From IMG/VR virus record IMGVR_UViG_3300021399_000007, positions 69,874 to 133,873 of that record: a DNA stretch of 64,000 bases; one strand, given 5' to 3'. The notes beneath the pieces were generated by a model. That model searched no databases, was not told the origin of the DNA, and saw only the letters and a program-made list of their open reading frames with translations. Positions 25,571 to 36,866 of the stretch are shown in pieces. A program made the position numbers and the translations under genes. How positions within the stretch are numbered: the stretch's first letter is position 1; the number at the start of each line of letters is the position of its first letter. This stretch comes from a virus.

Positions 25571-26050
25571 ATGATAGCATTACTTTAGCACTATTCTTTA
25601 TCTGATATATTAATCTTCTTGATTTTTCTTGCTCTAGGTATTAAAAGTTTAATTTCTTTTTTTGACTGGGTTTATGGATATATAAAAAGAGCTTTTAATA
25701 TAGAATACTCTAAAAAGAGTGAAAAATAGCAAATTGAGTAGCAGTTACAGCAAGGTAGCGAAACCATAGCAATTTTAACCGCAAATCAATAGGCAACTGA
25801 TAAAGTTCTTTTAGATTTATCCGCAAAAATTGATATGTTAATTGATTCAGATAAAGATGCAATAAAGTCTTATATAACAAAAGAACATCATCATTTCTGT
25901 TATTAGGTTGGATAGATAGACGACTTTAGTTTGGATTGTCTTGAAAAACGTTATCAACATTATACAGATGAAGGCGGAAATTCATTTATTGAACACTTTA
26001 TGTGTGATTTAAGAGCTTTGCCTAAATAGGGTTCTTTTAATGGCAACTAA
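25571..26050 (+). CDS. Late small membrane protein (159 aa) with 7 in-frame TAG codons
   Basis: SD CAAAAGGAGGGACTATAATT-ATG; N-terminal TM ILIFLIFLALGIKSLISFF; Q-rich if TAG=Gln; ends TAA 26048-26050. Confidence 0.4.
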
Positions 26051-26080
26051 TAACAATGGAGAAAAAAGGAGAATTAAAAA

Positions 26081-27955
26081 ATGGCATTGATGTTAAACAC
26101 TTTATATCCACCTATTATGATGGATGTAATCCCTGGTTTTATAAGAACATCAACATGTAGAATATATTTTTCTATATCCGATTATAATTCTGCCAAAGAC
26201 ATAGCAAATGTTCAAGTTGCATTAACAAATGTAAAAACTAACACTTCTGCATTGAATACTGATTTGTACCCCGCAGAAATTAAATTAACTGAATTACTTT
26301 ATGATGACCAAAAGTAGGACGATTATTGTTATTATATAACAATAAGTCCTGCTGATTTAGCGGGCGGGGAATTTTTATTAAATCAATATTATAAAATTCA
26401 ATTACGCTTTACATCAAAAGATGCAGATAGTGTTAGTTTAACTGGAGTTCAACAAATTGCTACTTGGTTAAATAATAATCTTATGTTCTTTTCTTAGTGG
26501 TCACGTGCGGGAATCATTAGAGGGATTTCAAGACCAACGCTTTATATTGATTATTTAGATGATGAGGATGAAGAAGAGGAAGAAGAAAGTGAAAATATTT
26601 CATTATCCGCCCCATTATCAAAAATTACTGGTAGATTAACTTTTGCAGATGAAGGCGAATTAGACTATTTAGCTTCTTATAATGTTAAAGTTTATTTAAG
26701 CAAGCAAGATAATAAATTAATTTTTGATAGCGGTATTCAACATCCAATAGAAGAAAATGAGATTGATTGTAACTTATTATGTGATTTATAGGATTAGCGG
26801 CTGTATATGATAAAAATTAGTTATACTACAAACTATGCTTATAGTAAATAGGAAAACTATATAATACAAGTACGAGTCGAGAGCCAAGACTTAAATCCAT
26901 TCAATCTAACAATCACTCCAACAAGAAATGAAGAGGATGGTTATATAAATCTTCATATTACGATGGATAAAACTAAAGATTTTTCTGATAAACAATTATT
27001 AATTAGAAGAATATCTTCAAAAGATAATTTCTTAATATGGGAAAATTTATATGCTATAGATTAGAGCTTTTCCACATTTGATTGGCAAGACTTATCTGTA
27101 GAAAGCGGGATTTGGTATAAATATGCGTTATATGTAGTAGATTTAAATAAAACTATTTTATATAACCCTATAGAAACAGATCCAATATTGTGCATTTTTG
27201 AAGATATATTTTTAGTAAGTGATAATATTCAATTAAGATTACAATTTAATCCTTCCATAACAAGTTTTAAATATAATACAACTGAATCTCAACAAGTTAC
27301 TTTAGGAGGAAAATTTCCTTATATTAGAAGAAATGGAAATAATTATTATAGAACCTTTTCTATTGGCGGTCTTATTAGTTCTTTAATGGATGAAACTGAT
27401 TGGTATGATTCTTATATTCATCCGCCGCATCCAATATAGGGAGAAGAAGAACAGAAAGAAGAAATCACTTTACCGCATATCAGATTTACTTCTAAATAGG
27501 ATAAATATAAAGATTCTTATGATTTATATCAACAGTATGAATCAGATAAAAATATCTCTAATTATCTTAATCCAATATATGAAAGATTTTTTAGAGAAAC
27601 AGTATATGATTTCTTTTATAAAAATAGTGTAAAATTATTTAAATCTCCAACAGAAGGTAATATATTAGTTAAATTAACCAATATTAATTTTGAACCTCAA
27701 GCTCAATTAGGACGCGTATTATATTCATTTACCGCAACCGCAGTTTAGATAGATGAACCAACTTTTGAAAATTATAAAAAATACAAAATCTTTCCTGATG
27801 ATATATTTGAATATGTTACTGAATCTCCTGCTTTAGAGATCGAATTTGGTACAGCCACAATGGTGCTGGTTATAAATGCAAATGGTGCAAGTCAAAATGG
27901 AAATCAGAATTGGGCATTGCATTTAGAGCCTTATCCTATTAAAGGAGGAGGTTAA
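26081..27955 (+). CDS. Late structural protein (~624 aa, baseplate/tail-type) with ~10 in-frame TAG codons
   Basis: Track fragments 26081-26317, 27188-27439 in one frame joined only by TAG; SD AAAGGAGAATTAAAAAATG; abuts next structural gene. Confidence 0.45.
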
Positions 27956-27957
27956 TA

Positions 27958-29982
27958 ATGCAAACATATCCATATTTAAATGATTTAGCTTTTTTAAGAG
28001 AACTTGATCTATCAAAAGTAAAAGAACAATTTGTGAGAATTAACGTTTTATCTTTTAAAGATGAAAAACCAATAGACCAAATTGAGGGGGATGTAGTAAG
28101 CGGCAATATTACAATAGATGGAAACTCAGCGATGCGGCGAACCGCAAATTTATCTATTGTGGTGAAAAAAGATGAGTATTCTAATAGAGATATTAGAAAA
28201 ATTTTAACTATAAATAAAAAAGTATAGTTATTAATAGGTTTTACTAACACTACTGATAAATATGAACAATATCCAATTTTATGGTTTCCACAAGGAATTT
28301 ATGTAATTATTACTCCTAATATTACTTATAATAATAATGGTATCAATATTTCATTAACATTACATGATAAAATGGCCTTGCTAAATGGAGAATGCGGCGG
28401 AACTCTACCTGCATCTATTACATTTACTGAAATAGAAGATGTTGATGAGAATGGCGAAAGACAAATTTCTAATCCTACTATATATCAAATTATACAAGAA
28501 TTAGTTAATCATTTTGGTGGATAGCAACTTGGAAAAATAATTATTGAACTTGATAAAAAAATAAAAAAGGTAATGCGGTGGACAGGCTCAACACCGCTTT
28601 ACCTATATCAAGAAGCGCTTCCAGATGGTACAATGTATAGTAGTTTTAGTACAAATGAAAATTAGTTAAGAAGGCAAGGAGAAGGGACAATTCAAGAATT
28701 TTAGTACGGATAGGATATAGGTTACATTTTGACTGATTTTATCTATCCACAATAGCTAACTAATAACCCTGGGGAGACCATTGTAAGTGTCTTAGACAAA
28801 ATTAAGAATTGGCTTGGAAATTACGAATATTTTTATGATATTAATGGTAATTTCAGATTCCAAGAGATAAAGAATTATTTGAATAAAACATATGCAACAT
28901 TTTTAATTAATGAAATAAATTCAAATAATTACTTAACTAATTATGCAAATGGAAAATCTGTTTATACTTTTGAAGATTCTGATATTATTCAGTCATATTC
29001 AAACTCCCCGCAATATCAACAAATAAAAAATGATTTTGTTGTTTGGGGTAAAAGAACTACAACAGAAGGAAAATAGATTCCTATCCGCTACCATTTAGCT
29101 ATTGATAAAAAACCTGCGGTTGGAAATTAGTATAAAGTATTTTTCTATACTGATCCTGATGATAACATTTTAAAAGCTAAAAAACCTTTAGAATTTGCTA
29201 CAAGAAGTTAGTTCCCAGAAACCGGAGATGTATGTCAATATTATTATGCGGCAGACACTGGTTTTATATATAAATGGGACGCGAGTGTACAAAGTTATGC
29301 CACGACCCCATATATAATTGAAACAATAGAAGCAAATGATTATAGAACTTAGCTTTATATGTCTGGCGTTGCTAGTTAGCCGTTTGGTTTAGATAGTAAT
29401 TATTATTACACAGAATTAAAAAATGAATGGCCTAAATTATATGATATGCGGCAAGGAAAATTCTTTGATGAAATACTAGATCAGCCCAGTAACATGGATT
29501 TCTTTTTAGATTTTATAGATACCTCTACCGCTATTTCAGAATTTAGTATAGAAAATATTGGTAGACGTACCCTTACAATATCAAATGATGCAATAAACTG
29601 TATTTTCTAGCCTGATAACCCTGATATAGTTATTATTGAAGCAAACAGTGAAGGCGCAGATGATCTTCGAGAATAGTGTTAGCATAGACGACAAGAATAT
29701 TCTCAGGTAACATCAGACATATATTCAAAGCTAGTTACTGGCGGAGTTTTAAGGTCTGCTTATGAAGAAATAAGAACAGAACTTTATCAATATACTGATT
29801 ATAATGAACAAGTCACATTAACCACTTTACCAATTTATTATCTTGAACCTAATGTGCGGATAACAATTAAAAATTAGTAGAGCGGAATTGATGGAGATTA
29901 CATGATAAAAACAATTTCATTACCATTAGATGTTAATGGAATGATGAATTTATCTTGTACAAAAGCACTTGAAAGAATTTAA
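27958..29982 (+). CDS. Late structural protein (~674 aa, tail/baseplate) with ~20 in-frame TAG codons
   Basis: Track fragments 27958-28227 and 28879-29076 same frame; continuous to TAA 29980-29982 then terminator. Confidence 0.45.
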
Positions 29983-30029
29983 CAAAAAAAAATGGCGATG
30001 ATATAAAAATATCATCGCCATTTTTTTTA
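29983..30029. terminator. Bidirectional rho-independent terminator between convergent late operons
   Basis: A9-AATGGCGATGATAT-aaaaat-ATATCATCGCCATT-T8. Confidence 0.65.
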
Positions 30030-32057
30030 TGGTTTTAATCGGATAATATATCCAACTTTATAGTTCGGCCACGAGAGTGGACCAATCCATTTTACGAAAT
30101 GAGCACCTTCGCCCTTTTCTTTGCAGAAGGCATGTCCAGAATCAAATGACAAACCATTACCAAAGTAAATACATGTATGATTGATAGCTACAAAAGTAAG
30201 AATGTCACCAGGACAAAGTTTTCCTTCGTTCATAAGCTGCTTAGGAGTCTTATTGCCTACTTTGATTAAGTCTGCATACTTGCGGAGATCAGCCTACGCG
30301 TGACTATTTAACCAGCGGATGCCGCCTCCTTTTTGTCCATACCAGCTGCATGCAGATGCAGGAAGCCCAGACTATTTCATTGCAAAGCCAACACCGCCCA
30401 TACAGTTTGTATATAACTTATTAGCTTTTCTTGTTTTCCAGAATGTACTTTCACTTACATGTCCGCTGTTGTAATATCTCCAGTCTTTACCAGCTTTTAT
30501 GTCATCTACTAACCATTGATTTAACCGAGCACATGCCGCAAGTAATTTTTGCACTCTATTTAATTTTGGTTTATATACAACTGTTTTTGGATTTTTTAAG
30601 TCATAAACTCTAAATCCCCAATTTTGATTAGCCTTATTTTTAGCGTTACTTAAGTATTGATAAGCACCAAGTTGGTATTGAGATTCAGACCATCTTCTAC
30701 GAACGACATATCTATCTACTATTGTTGCGGCGGGAGTCGTTGTTACGGGCGCTTGGACTGGTGCCGCCGTAACCGCCTTCACCTATGGATAAATTTGATT
30801 ACCATTCTAATCATATACTTTTAATCCTTTAGCTTTTGCTCTTGCTATTGCATTAGCTTTAATTTCGTAAGCATTATCTTGGTTAATATATTTTCCATTT
30901 TTATAGTCTTGTGCAACTCTATACCAGACAGTTTTTGGCTGTGGGACTGGTGCCGTCGCCCCCGCTTCTACATCTAATTTTGCTAAATTATTTTCTTTAA
31001 TAATACGAAGCACCTTCTCTTCATAATTAGGATCAGTGCAATACCCCTATGGATTACTAGCTGTTCCAGTTCCAATTCTAATTGCATGAATAACCGCTCC
31101 AGGATCTGTCATACCTTTAATGCGATTATATTTATAACCTTTATTATTTTTTACATGCAAAAGGAACATCTAATAATCTTCAATGCAGTTTTTATAGTCC
31201 TTATAAACTCTAAAGTTATCATTTTTATAAATTAATTTACCATTAACATATTCAGGAGTCATTTTAGAAAAACTTGTACCATTCCAAACTGTATAATTAG
31301 ACCAACTACTATTGATTAAATCAACTTTCATTCCAAGAAGATTATTTCGTTTTGTTAATTCAATAGCATCAGATCCTAATCCATAACCATTCTAGAGGCA
31401 GCACTGTGCGGCGACCACTGATGGTAAAATTTTTGTTTGTTTATAAAGATCTACACAGATCTTAGATACTTTATTAATAAAGTCTTCTTTGCTTTGAGGG
31501 ATACCAGAAGCTGCGGTTGTTGACGGTGTTGTACCTGCATTTCCGCCCTTCACCCTCTCAAGAAATTCATTCCAAGTCCAAGATGTTTTATATTTATTAT
31601 TATGAACATATGGAGCTGGGCAGACTTTATTTACAATATCATAATGTCTTAATACATGGTCTATTGGGATTTTTAAGTCCTTCATTAATTTTTGAACAAG
31701 CCATACCGCAGCTTCTTGTGTCTCTTTTGTAAAATACCAATATGGGTCACTTGCTAATCCTTTGTTGCCATCACAGTGACAACATAATTCAATGCTAATT
31801 GTATTAGCATTTCTTGCGTATGGATGCTTTTGAGCATATATACCAGCTGTACCGACTGCCCACACAATTGCATCATGGGAACATCTTTGGAAAATCGTTC
31901 CATCCCAATAAATTGTATAGTGGGCACCAGTACCATTTTTTGATAATTCATAATTTTGACCATCTACTCCTAAATAGTGAATGGCTATATATTCATGTGT
32001 ATTTCCAAATTTTGGCACATATACTTCTGAAATTTTATTTACTATTTTATATGCCAT
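30027..32057 (-). CDS. Multidomain endolysin (676 aa): N-acetylmuramoyl-L-alanine amidase (Amidase_2) + glucosaminidase + cell-wall-binding repeats + NlpC/P60; 7 in-frame TAG codons
   Basis: Four track fragments (31392-32057, 30807-31013, 30372-30782, 30027-30233) share one frame, separated only by TAG; motifs AIHY..ISIELCCH..HYDIVNKVCPAP; NGYGLGSDAIELTKRNNLLG; repeats YRVAQDYKNGKYINQDNAYEIKANAIARAKAKG / YVVRRRWSESQYQLGAYQYLSNAKNKA; NlpC/P60 TNCMGGVGF...HTCIYFGNG; SD GGAGAAAAAAT-ATG. Confidence 0.65.
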
Positions 32058-32145
32058 ATTTTTTCTCCAATGGGCGGGGCAAACCCCGCCTAAAAGAGCC
32101 GCCCATGTGGACGGCCCCGGTTGTTAAGTTACTTGCTTACGCAAA

Positions 32146-32159
32146 TGGGTCTTTAGTTA
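32146..32159 (-). promoter_or_regulatory. Late intergenic motif AACTAAAGACCCA (copy 1; ~90 nt upstream of endolysin ATG)
   Basis: Plus strand tgggtctttagtta; one of 6 copies, all at minus-strand gene junctions. Confidence 0.45.
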
Positions 32160-32326
32160 CTTACTGGCTTATTGTTTTGGGCTTTTTCTTCCATCAACTT
32201 CATTCGTTCTTCAGCACTTTCAGAAAGCATCTTTTCTATGTCCTTCTTAATAAACCAGTTGATAACATTACAAGTTATAGTAATAATTTCACACACAATG
32301 AAAATGATAAAAATCGTTTTTACCAT
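32153..32326 (-). CDS. Small membrane protein (57 aa)
   Basis: Minus ATG after motif copy GGTAACTAAAGACATGAAGTGGGGGTGTCAAC; MVKTIFIIFIVCEIITITCNVINWFIKKD... Confidence 0.3.
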   Translation of the reverse strand: MVKTIFIIFIVCEIITITCNVINWFIKKDIEKMLSESAEERMKLMEEKAQNNKPVSN

Positions 32327-32344
32327 GTTGACACCCCCACTTCA

Positions 32345-32357
32345 TGTCTTTAGTTAC
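32345..32357 (-). promoter_or_regulatory. Late intergenic motif variant AACTAAAGACA (copy 2)
   Basis: Plus tgtctttagttac. Confidence 0.35.
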
Positions 32358-32358
32358 C

Positions 32359-32487
32359 TTAATTGCGAATATCAGCTAACAGCTTGTCGATGTCATCAAG
32401 TAACATTTCGTAGTCCTTTGGGGACAAATTGTTAAGAGCCTTGTCCAATAATTCCTCGATTTCCTGTTCATAATCATATACAGACAT
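32359..32487 (-). CDS. Small acidic protein (42 aa)
   Basis: MSVYDYEQEIEELLDKALNNLSPKDYEMLLDDIDKLLADIRN*; ATG 12 nt after SD AGGAGA following motif copy 3. Confidence 0.3.
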   Translation of the reverse strand: MSVYDYEQEIEELLDKALNNLSPKDYEMLLDDIDKLLADIRN

Positions 32488-32506
32488 ACTCGATCTCCTA
32501 TTGTTT

Positions 32507-32519
32507 GGGTCTTTATGTC
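32507..32519 (-). promoter_or_regulatory. Late intergenic motif variant ACATAAAGACCCA (copy 3; contains stop of GH16 gene)
   Basis: Plus tgggtctttatgt. Confidence 0.4.
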
Positions 32520-33628
32520 ACAATAATTTTTGTAATTGCGCCAATACCATTTTTTGTTCCTGCGAGAATATACGAAGTGCCAACTGTTTTTGCTGTAATC
32601 ACTCCTGCATCACATTCTGCCACAGACGCATTAGTTGAATACCAATTTATATTTCTGTTCGAAACGGTATCCGGTGAAAAAGTTGGATACATAAAGTATT
32701 GAGAACCAGCTTCAAGCGTCAATTCATCAGGAAGTATTATTTCAGATGCGCTAACATCACTACTAATTCCCTGTGGCGCATAAACCCTAACCCAATCAAC
32801 ATACATTTTCATCTCGTTTACTATTGGAGTCCCAAATTTTATAGCAAGATTAATCAGTATGTGTAACGGTTTGCTAAATGCTTCTATATCTTCACTATCG
32901 TAATCGGATAATTTCATTCTGTTTCCAACTTGCACATTGTCAATATAAAACGTAATATAATCACTATTTATATCGACAGCGTATGTATGCCAATCGGATG
33001 ACGTTACATCATAGTCGGGGCTTACTTGAAAAAGATGCTGATAAGGGTCGGAATTACGATTAGGCCAGACTGTAGAGATTGGTCTTTTCGAATTTCCGGG
33101 AATAAATTCAATGATATCAAGTTCTCCACAAACAGGCCAACTAACAGAACCATCATACCGTTCGCTATACGTTCCTGATTCGTTTGGAGCGTCTTTGTGA
33201 TTTAACCCCATAAGCCAGAAAGCAGGGAAGGCGCCTACAACGCCGGGAAATTTTATTTTTGCTTCGAACCTTCCATATCTCCATCCGTTTTTTCCTGCCG
33301 TGACAACTCTTGCGCTTGTCCACGTTTTTGATCCAACAGTTTCTTTTTTGGCTGTTATCACTAAACAGCTATTTTCTACACTAGCATTTTCGCTTTTGTA
33401 GTATTGCTCTTCACCACCATTATTCATCACTCCGATATCAAATGTCCATGCGTCTGCATTTAAAGCATTTCCATCAAAATCATCCTCAAAAACCACATGA
33501 CGTCCGGAAATATATTGGTTCAGGCTTTCGTACACGTTTGCCCCTTGCTTATTATAGCCATACATACACTCATCCCCATCGACCGAGTATGCTTTCAGCG
33601 GGACTTGTCCATCTTTTGTGTATATCAT
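32513..33628 (-). CDS. Glycoside hydrolase family 16 (beta-glucanase/laminarinase-like) with C-terminal Big_2 Ig-like domain; likely tail-associated depolymerase
   Basis: GH16 catalytic motif GELDIIEF (E-x-D-x-x-E); C-terminal VITAKTVGTSYILAGTKNGIGAITKIIV. Confidence 0.6.
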   Translation of the reverse strand: MIYTKDGQVPLKAYSVDGDECMYGYNKQGANVYESLNQYISGRHVVFEDDFDGNALNADAWTFDIGVMNNGGEEQYYKSENASVENSCLVITAKKETVGSKTWTSARVVTAGKNGWRYGRFEAKIKFPGVVGAFPAFWLMGLNHKDAPNESGTYSERYDGSVSWPVCGELDIIEFIPGNSKRPISTVWPNRNSDPYQHLFQVSPDYDVTSSDWHTYAVDINSDYITFYIDNVQVGNRMKLSDYDSEDIEAFSKPLHILINLAIKFGTPIVNEMKMYVDWVRVYAPQGISSDVSASEIILPDELTLEAGSQYFMYPTFSPDTVSNRNINWYSTNASVAECDAGVITAKTVGTSYILAGTKNGIGAITKIIVT

Positions 33629-33643
33629 GCTATCACCTCTTTT

Positions 33644-34405
33644 TTATAACGAAATCCCCATTATTGTCTGCACCTCTTCGTCGGTGAGGTATCTGTCGTA
33701 TATATTACACAAGTTAACATCACCAAGCAAAATATTGGAGTATGTTTCACCAGATATCTGTCCTCCTAATTTTGCGGTTCTGGTTGCATCTCCAAGTATT
33801 GTAATTGTTTTAGTGCTATCTACAACCTTGTTGTTATCTATATACAAAATGGCTCTGTACTCTTTTGTGCTTGAGTCATATCTGCCTGCATACCTCACCC
33901 TATGAGCTGATAATTGATTGTAATTTACGTCACCGCTCTCTGAAGTGTTAAGGTCGCATGTTAATTTCTGTGTTCCGGAATATGTAAACATCATCACGCT
34001 AATGCCATTATACTGATCTGGATTAGTGGATAAGGAATTAATTCCATGCAGAATCCTTCGCTGTGTGGCACTTGTATCAGCATCAAGTTCAGCATCGACT
34101 AAAACCGTGAAAGTATTTGTGGAACCAAATGCAATATCTGTGTCAATAATATCGGTGCCCTGCCGAATGCTTACCGGTGCGTCTAAGTGAAAAATCAATG
34201 ACGGATCGACTGGTTCTGGCGGTTCCGGAGCAGGATATAACGCATTATAAAGATTGTTATAATATGTACTACCATTCTGGTTCTGATAAACCACATTTTG
34301 CGCAATATCTAATAATGCATTTTTCACTCCTTCCGACAAGCCGCCCTTTTCAACAGCGTCAATCAAATTCTGTGCCTTACTACCTTCCCAAATACTTACT
34401 GCCAT
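33644..34405 (-). CDS. Tail fibre/receptor-binding protein (253 aa)
   Basis: Track ORF; Asn/Thr/Gly-rich beta-type sequence in tail-fibre cluster. Confidence 0.45.
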   Translation of the reverse strand: MAVSIWEGSKAQNLIDAVEKGGLSEGVKNALLDIAQNVVYQNQNGSTYYNNLYNALYPAPEPPEPVDPSLIFHLDAPVSIRQGTDIIDTDIAFGSTNTFTVLVDAELDADTSATQRRILHGINSLSTNPDQYNGISVMMFTYSGTQKLTCDLNTSESGDVNYNQLSAHRVRYAGRYDSSTKEYRAILYIDNNKVVDSTKTITILGDATRTAKLGGQISGETYSNILLGDVNLCNIYDRYLTDEEVQTIMGISL

Positions 34406-34420
34406 AATATCCTCCTTTCG

Positions 34421-35041
34421 TTATGCCGCTGTATAAGTAACTGTTGTTTCCAGTGTCGTAAGATTTGTTACTATTGTTAATACAGCACCAGTGTTCAATG
34501 TCCGTGTTTCCGTAATGGTTGTTGCTCCGTATGTGAAAATATCTGAACGGATAATCGTATTTCCATTTTTATGTTCTACCTTAAAAACTGAACCGTTAGT
34601 AAATGTATACGTCTGAACAGTATTAGGTACATTGTCATCAAGGAGAAGCAAACGTTCATTTAGTTCACTGACCTCCTCGGTCAATTCCGTATAATTGGCG
34701 GTCAACGCCGCTCCAGTGGCAGCCGCATCAGCTGCGGCGCCTTCTATTGTTAAACTTGAATCTACTATTACAGCGCTTCCGACAGGAGTGACATGAGTAT
34801 TCAGCCAATTAGTCACATCAGTACTAATTTCATCATTTAAATATTGATCTAGTTCATTATCGTCAATTTTATCATTTAACTGTGCTTGCACAGTTCCCTT
34901 AGACATATCTATATTACCTAATATATCTACTAGATTGTGAGAATCATCCCATAAAATATATTCAGCTAACGTACTTACTGGTATCTCATCTGAATAAGTA
35001 CCATCATCATACTTAATTCGAATAGCTGTTAATTTATTCAT
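34421..35041 (-). CDS. Tail fibre protein with conserved N-terminal anchor domain (paralog of 37751-38650)
   Basis: MNKLTAIRIKYDDGTYSDEIPVS...NWLNTHV...SSLTIEGAAADAAATG...ELNERL mirrors METLSTIKIKYKDGTYSK.IPIS...DWLDTNI...SSLSISGAAADAKKTG...ELNERI. Confidence 0.5.
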   Translation of the reverse strand: MNKLTAIRIKYDDGTYSDEIPVSTLAEYILWDDSHNLVDILGNIDMSKGTVQAQLNDKIDDNELDQYLNDEISTDVTNWLNTHVTPVGSAVIVDSSLTIEGAAADAAATGAALTANYTELTEEVSELNERLLLLDDNVPNTVQTYTFTNGSVFKVEHKNGNTIIRSDIFTYGATTITETRTLNTGAVLTIVTNLTTLETTVTYTAA

Positions 35042-35451
35042 TGATTTCTCCTTTCTAATTTATGCTATTTAAATAATCTAATATATTCATGATTAACACA
35101 CTAACATGCGGTTTTAGTCCTTCCATTTTGAAACTATGGATTTTTTTCACAATATTGTGTGTATTGTTCAATATCATCTAATATTTGTTCAAAATAATCT
35201 TTACTGTGACCCACATTAGAATATAACTCATCTGAGAATCTTAAAATGCGGGTTCTTGCGGTTGTTGCTTTATCCTACTAAATAGATGCTTTTAATTTAT
35301 CTATTTTTTCATTAGTTTCCGCAACAGCTTTTAAAATATCTTTTGTAATATCTTTTTTCTAATCATTTCTTTTTATAATAAATTGTATAAAGGCAAAAAT
35401 GCCGCCGCTCCCGATTAGGAGAGCGAGGATGTTGAGGATTGATATTTGCAA
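35038..35451 (-). CDS. Small membrane + coiled-coil protein (137 aa; holin-like guess) with 7 in-frame TAG codons
   Basis: SD GGAGGTGATTAATAT-TTG start; QISILNILALLIGSGGIFAFIQFIIKRND[TAG]KKDI...; ends TGA overlapping ATG of 34421-35041. Confidence 0.35.
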
Positions 35452-35479
35452 ATATTAATCACCTCCATTAGGGCAGCCT

Positions 35480-35640
35480 TAAGGCTGCCATAGAATAAAT
35501 GAACAGAGCCTCATCGGCTCGGTTCAACTTGGCGCACTCTTCAATGCAGATGTCAAAGGGCGTCAGCAGGTCCATGATGGCCCTACCTCGGTCGGTGGTC
35601 GGATGCCATCTGGCTCCATTTCCCTTGTTCAATTATGGGT
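35480..35640. other. GC-rich (~55%) fragment inside AT-rich late region; possible gene remnant
   Basis: Only short ORF on minus (MDLLTPFDICIEECAKLNRADEALFIYSMAALRLP*); followed by palindromic hairpin GGCAGCCTTAAGGCTGCC. Confidence 0.25.
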
Positions 35641-35689
35641 AGTATATCATAGACTTCTTACAAAACGCAAGAAAAAGTACTTAGACAAA

Positions 35690-35959
35690 TGGGTCTTTAG
35701 TTGCGTACTTGCTGTGTTAGAAAAACACAAATTTTACAATTCCGATGATACCTATAGTCACCCACAAACATTTGACAAACTTATCCATATCATTCTTCCT
35801 TTTCTGATTGGGTCTTTAGTTAACTTAGTAAATAGGTATATGACAGTATGGACAGATTATTTCACTTGCTGTTATAACAGCTACTTTCCTTAGACATCTT
35901 GTACATATTAAATAATATTCCATAATTTACCTCACTGGGTCTTTAGTTTACTAAGCGAA
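35690..35959 (-). promoter_or_regulatory. Three copies of late motif AACTAAAGACCCA (35690-35702, 35809-35821, 35946-35959) each preceding a tiny ORF (23-31 aa)
   Basis: Minus strand: ...TAA-GTTAACTAAAGACCCAATCAGAAAAGGAAGAATGAT-ATG (MDKFVKCLWVTIGIIGIVKFVFF*), ...TAGTAAACTAAAGACCCAGTGAGGTAAATT-ATG (MEYYLICTRCLRKVAVITASEIICPYCHIPIY*). Confidence 0.45.
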
Positions 35960-36864
35960 AGTCAGTTAGTGGCAAATGTTACCTTTTTATATTCACCACC
36001 TTGCACACCGACAATCGCTTCGTTAGCAGAAATAAAAGCTATTCCTTCACACTCAGAAGAAATATTCAAATCAATTATTTGAATGATGGCTCCATTCTCC
36101 GGGTTAAGAACTATAATATAATTGCTCTGTTTATTATAATCCCAACTAATCATCCACACATATCCATTGTGGAATGTTAACCCTTGATGGACAGCAAAGA
36201 AGTCCGTTTCCAAAATAGAAACGAAATCGGGTGTATATGTGTCATCGTCATTTAGGGTAGCATTTGAATAATCCCATTTAGATATAATGGTCTTATTTAT
36301 ACCATCGTCTGTCATAATCTCATTTTTGGAACTGCCAATCATATAAATGACTTCATTTGCAGAGTCCACAGCCGCTTCGGAATAGTACCCAGTAAGATGC
36401 ATTGGGAATTTATAAGTCTTTATGCACTATGCGCTGTTGACAGTAACCCTGTTCACGTGAACTTCAGCAGGATTACCGCCATGACTTACATATAAAAGTG
36501 GGAAAGCATCACCGGGAGCGTAATACTCATCTGAAAAACTTGCGCTGTTACCATGCCCAGATTCAACTGAAACAGACGTTGAAATTTTTGTCATTGTGCT
36601 TATATCAATGACATCCATTTCATTTTCAATATTATTAGAGCCGCCCGCCTTAAATTGGAACACTTTTCCATTGAATACATCAAACGCCTGCATTGGGAAA
36701 ACCGACAGAGTGAAATATGTTTCTATCAGAGGATTGGAATATACCTCAGAATCTATTATTCTCACAGTATCCCCATCTGTCGCATAAACAGATACAGCCA
36801 TACGGTTTCCACTATATGTATATGCGTTTGCTGTTTCTTTATTATGTGAGTTATATATAGCCAT
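35959..36864 (-). CDS. Tail-associated beta-rich protein (~300 aa), 1 internal TAG; ends TAG-TAA
   Basis: Track ORFs 36427-36894 and 35962-36402 same frame joined by TAG; start set to ATG 36864 after GGAGAGTGGTGACT. Confidence 0.45.
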
Positions 36865-36866
36865 AG

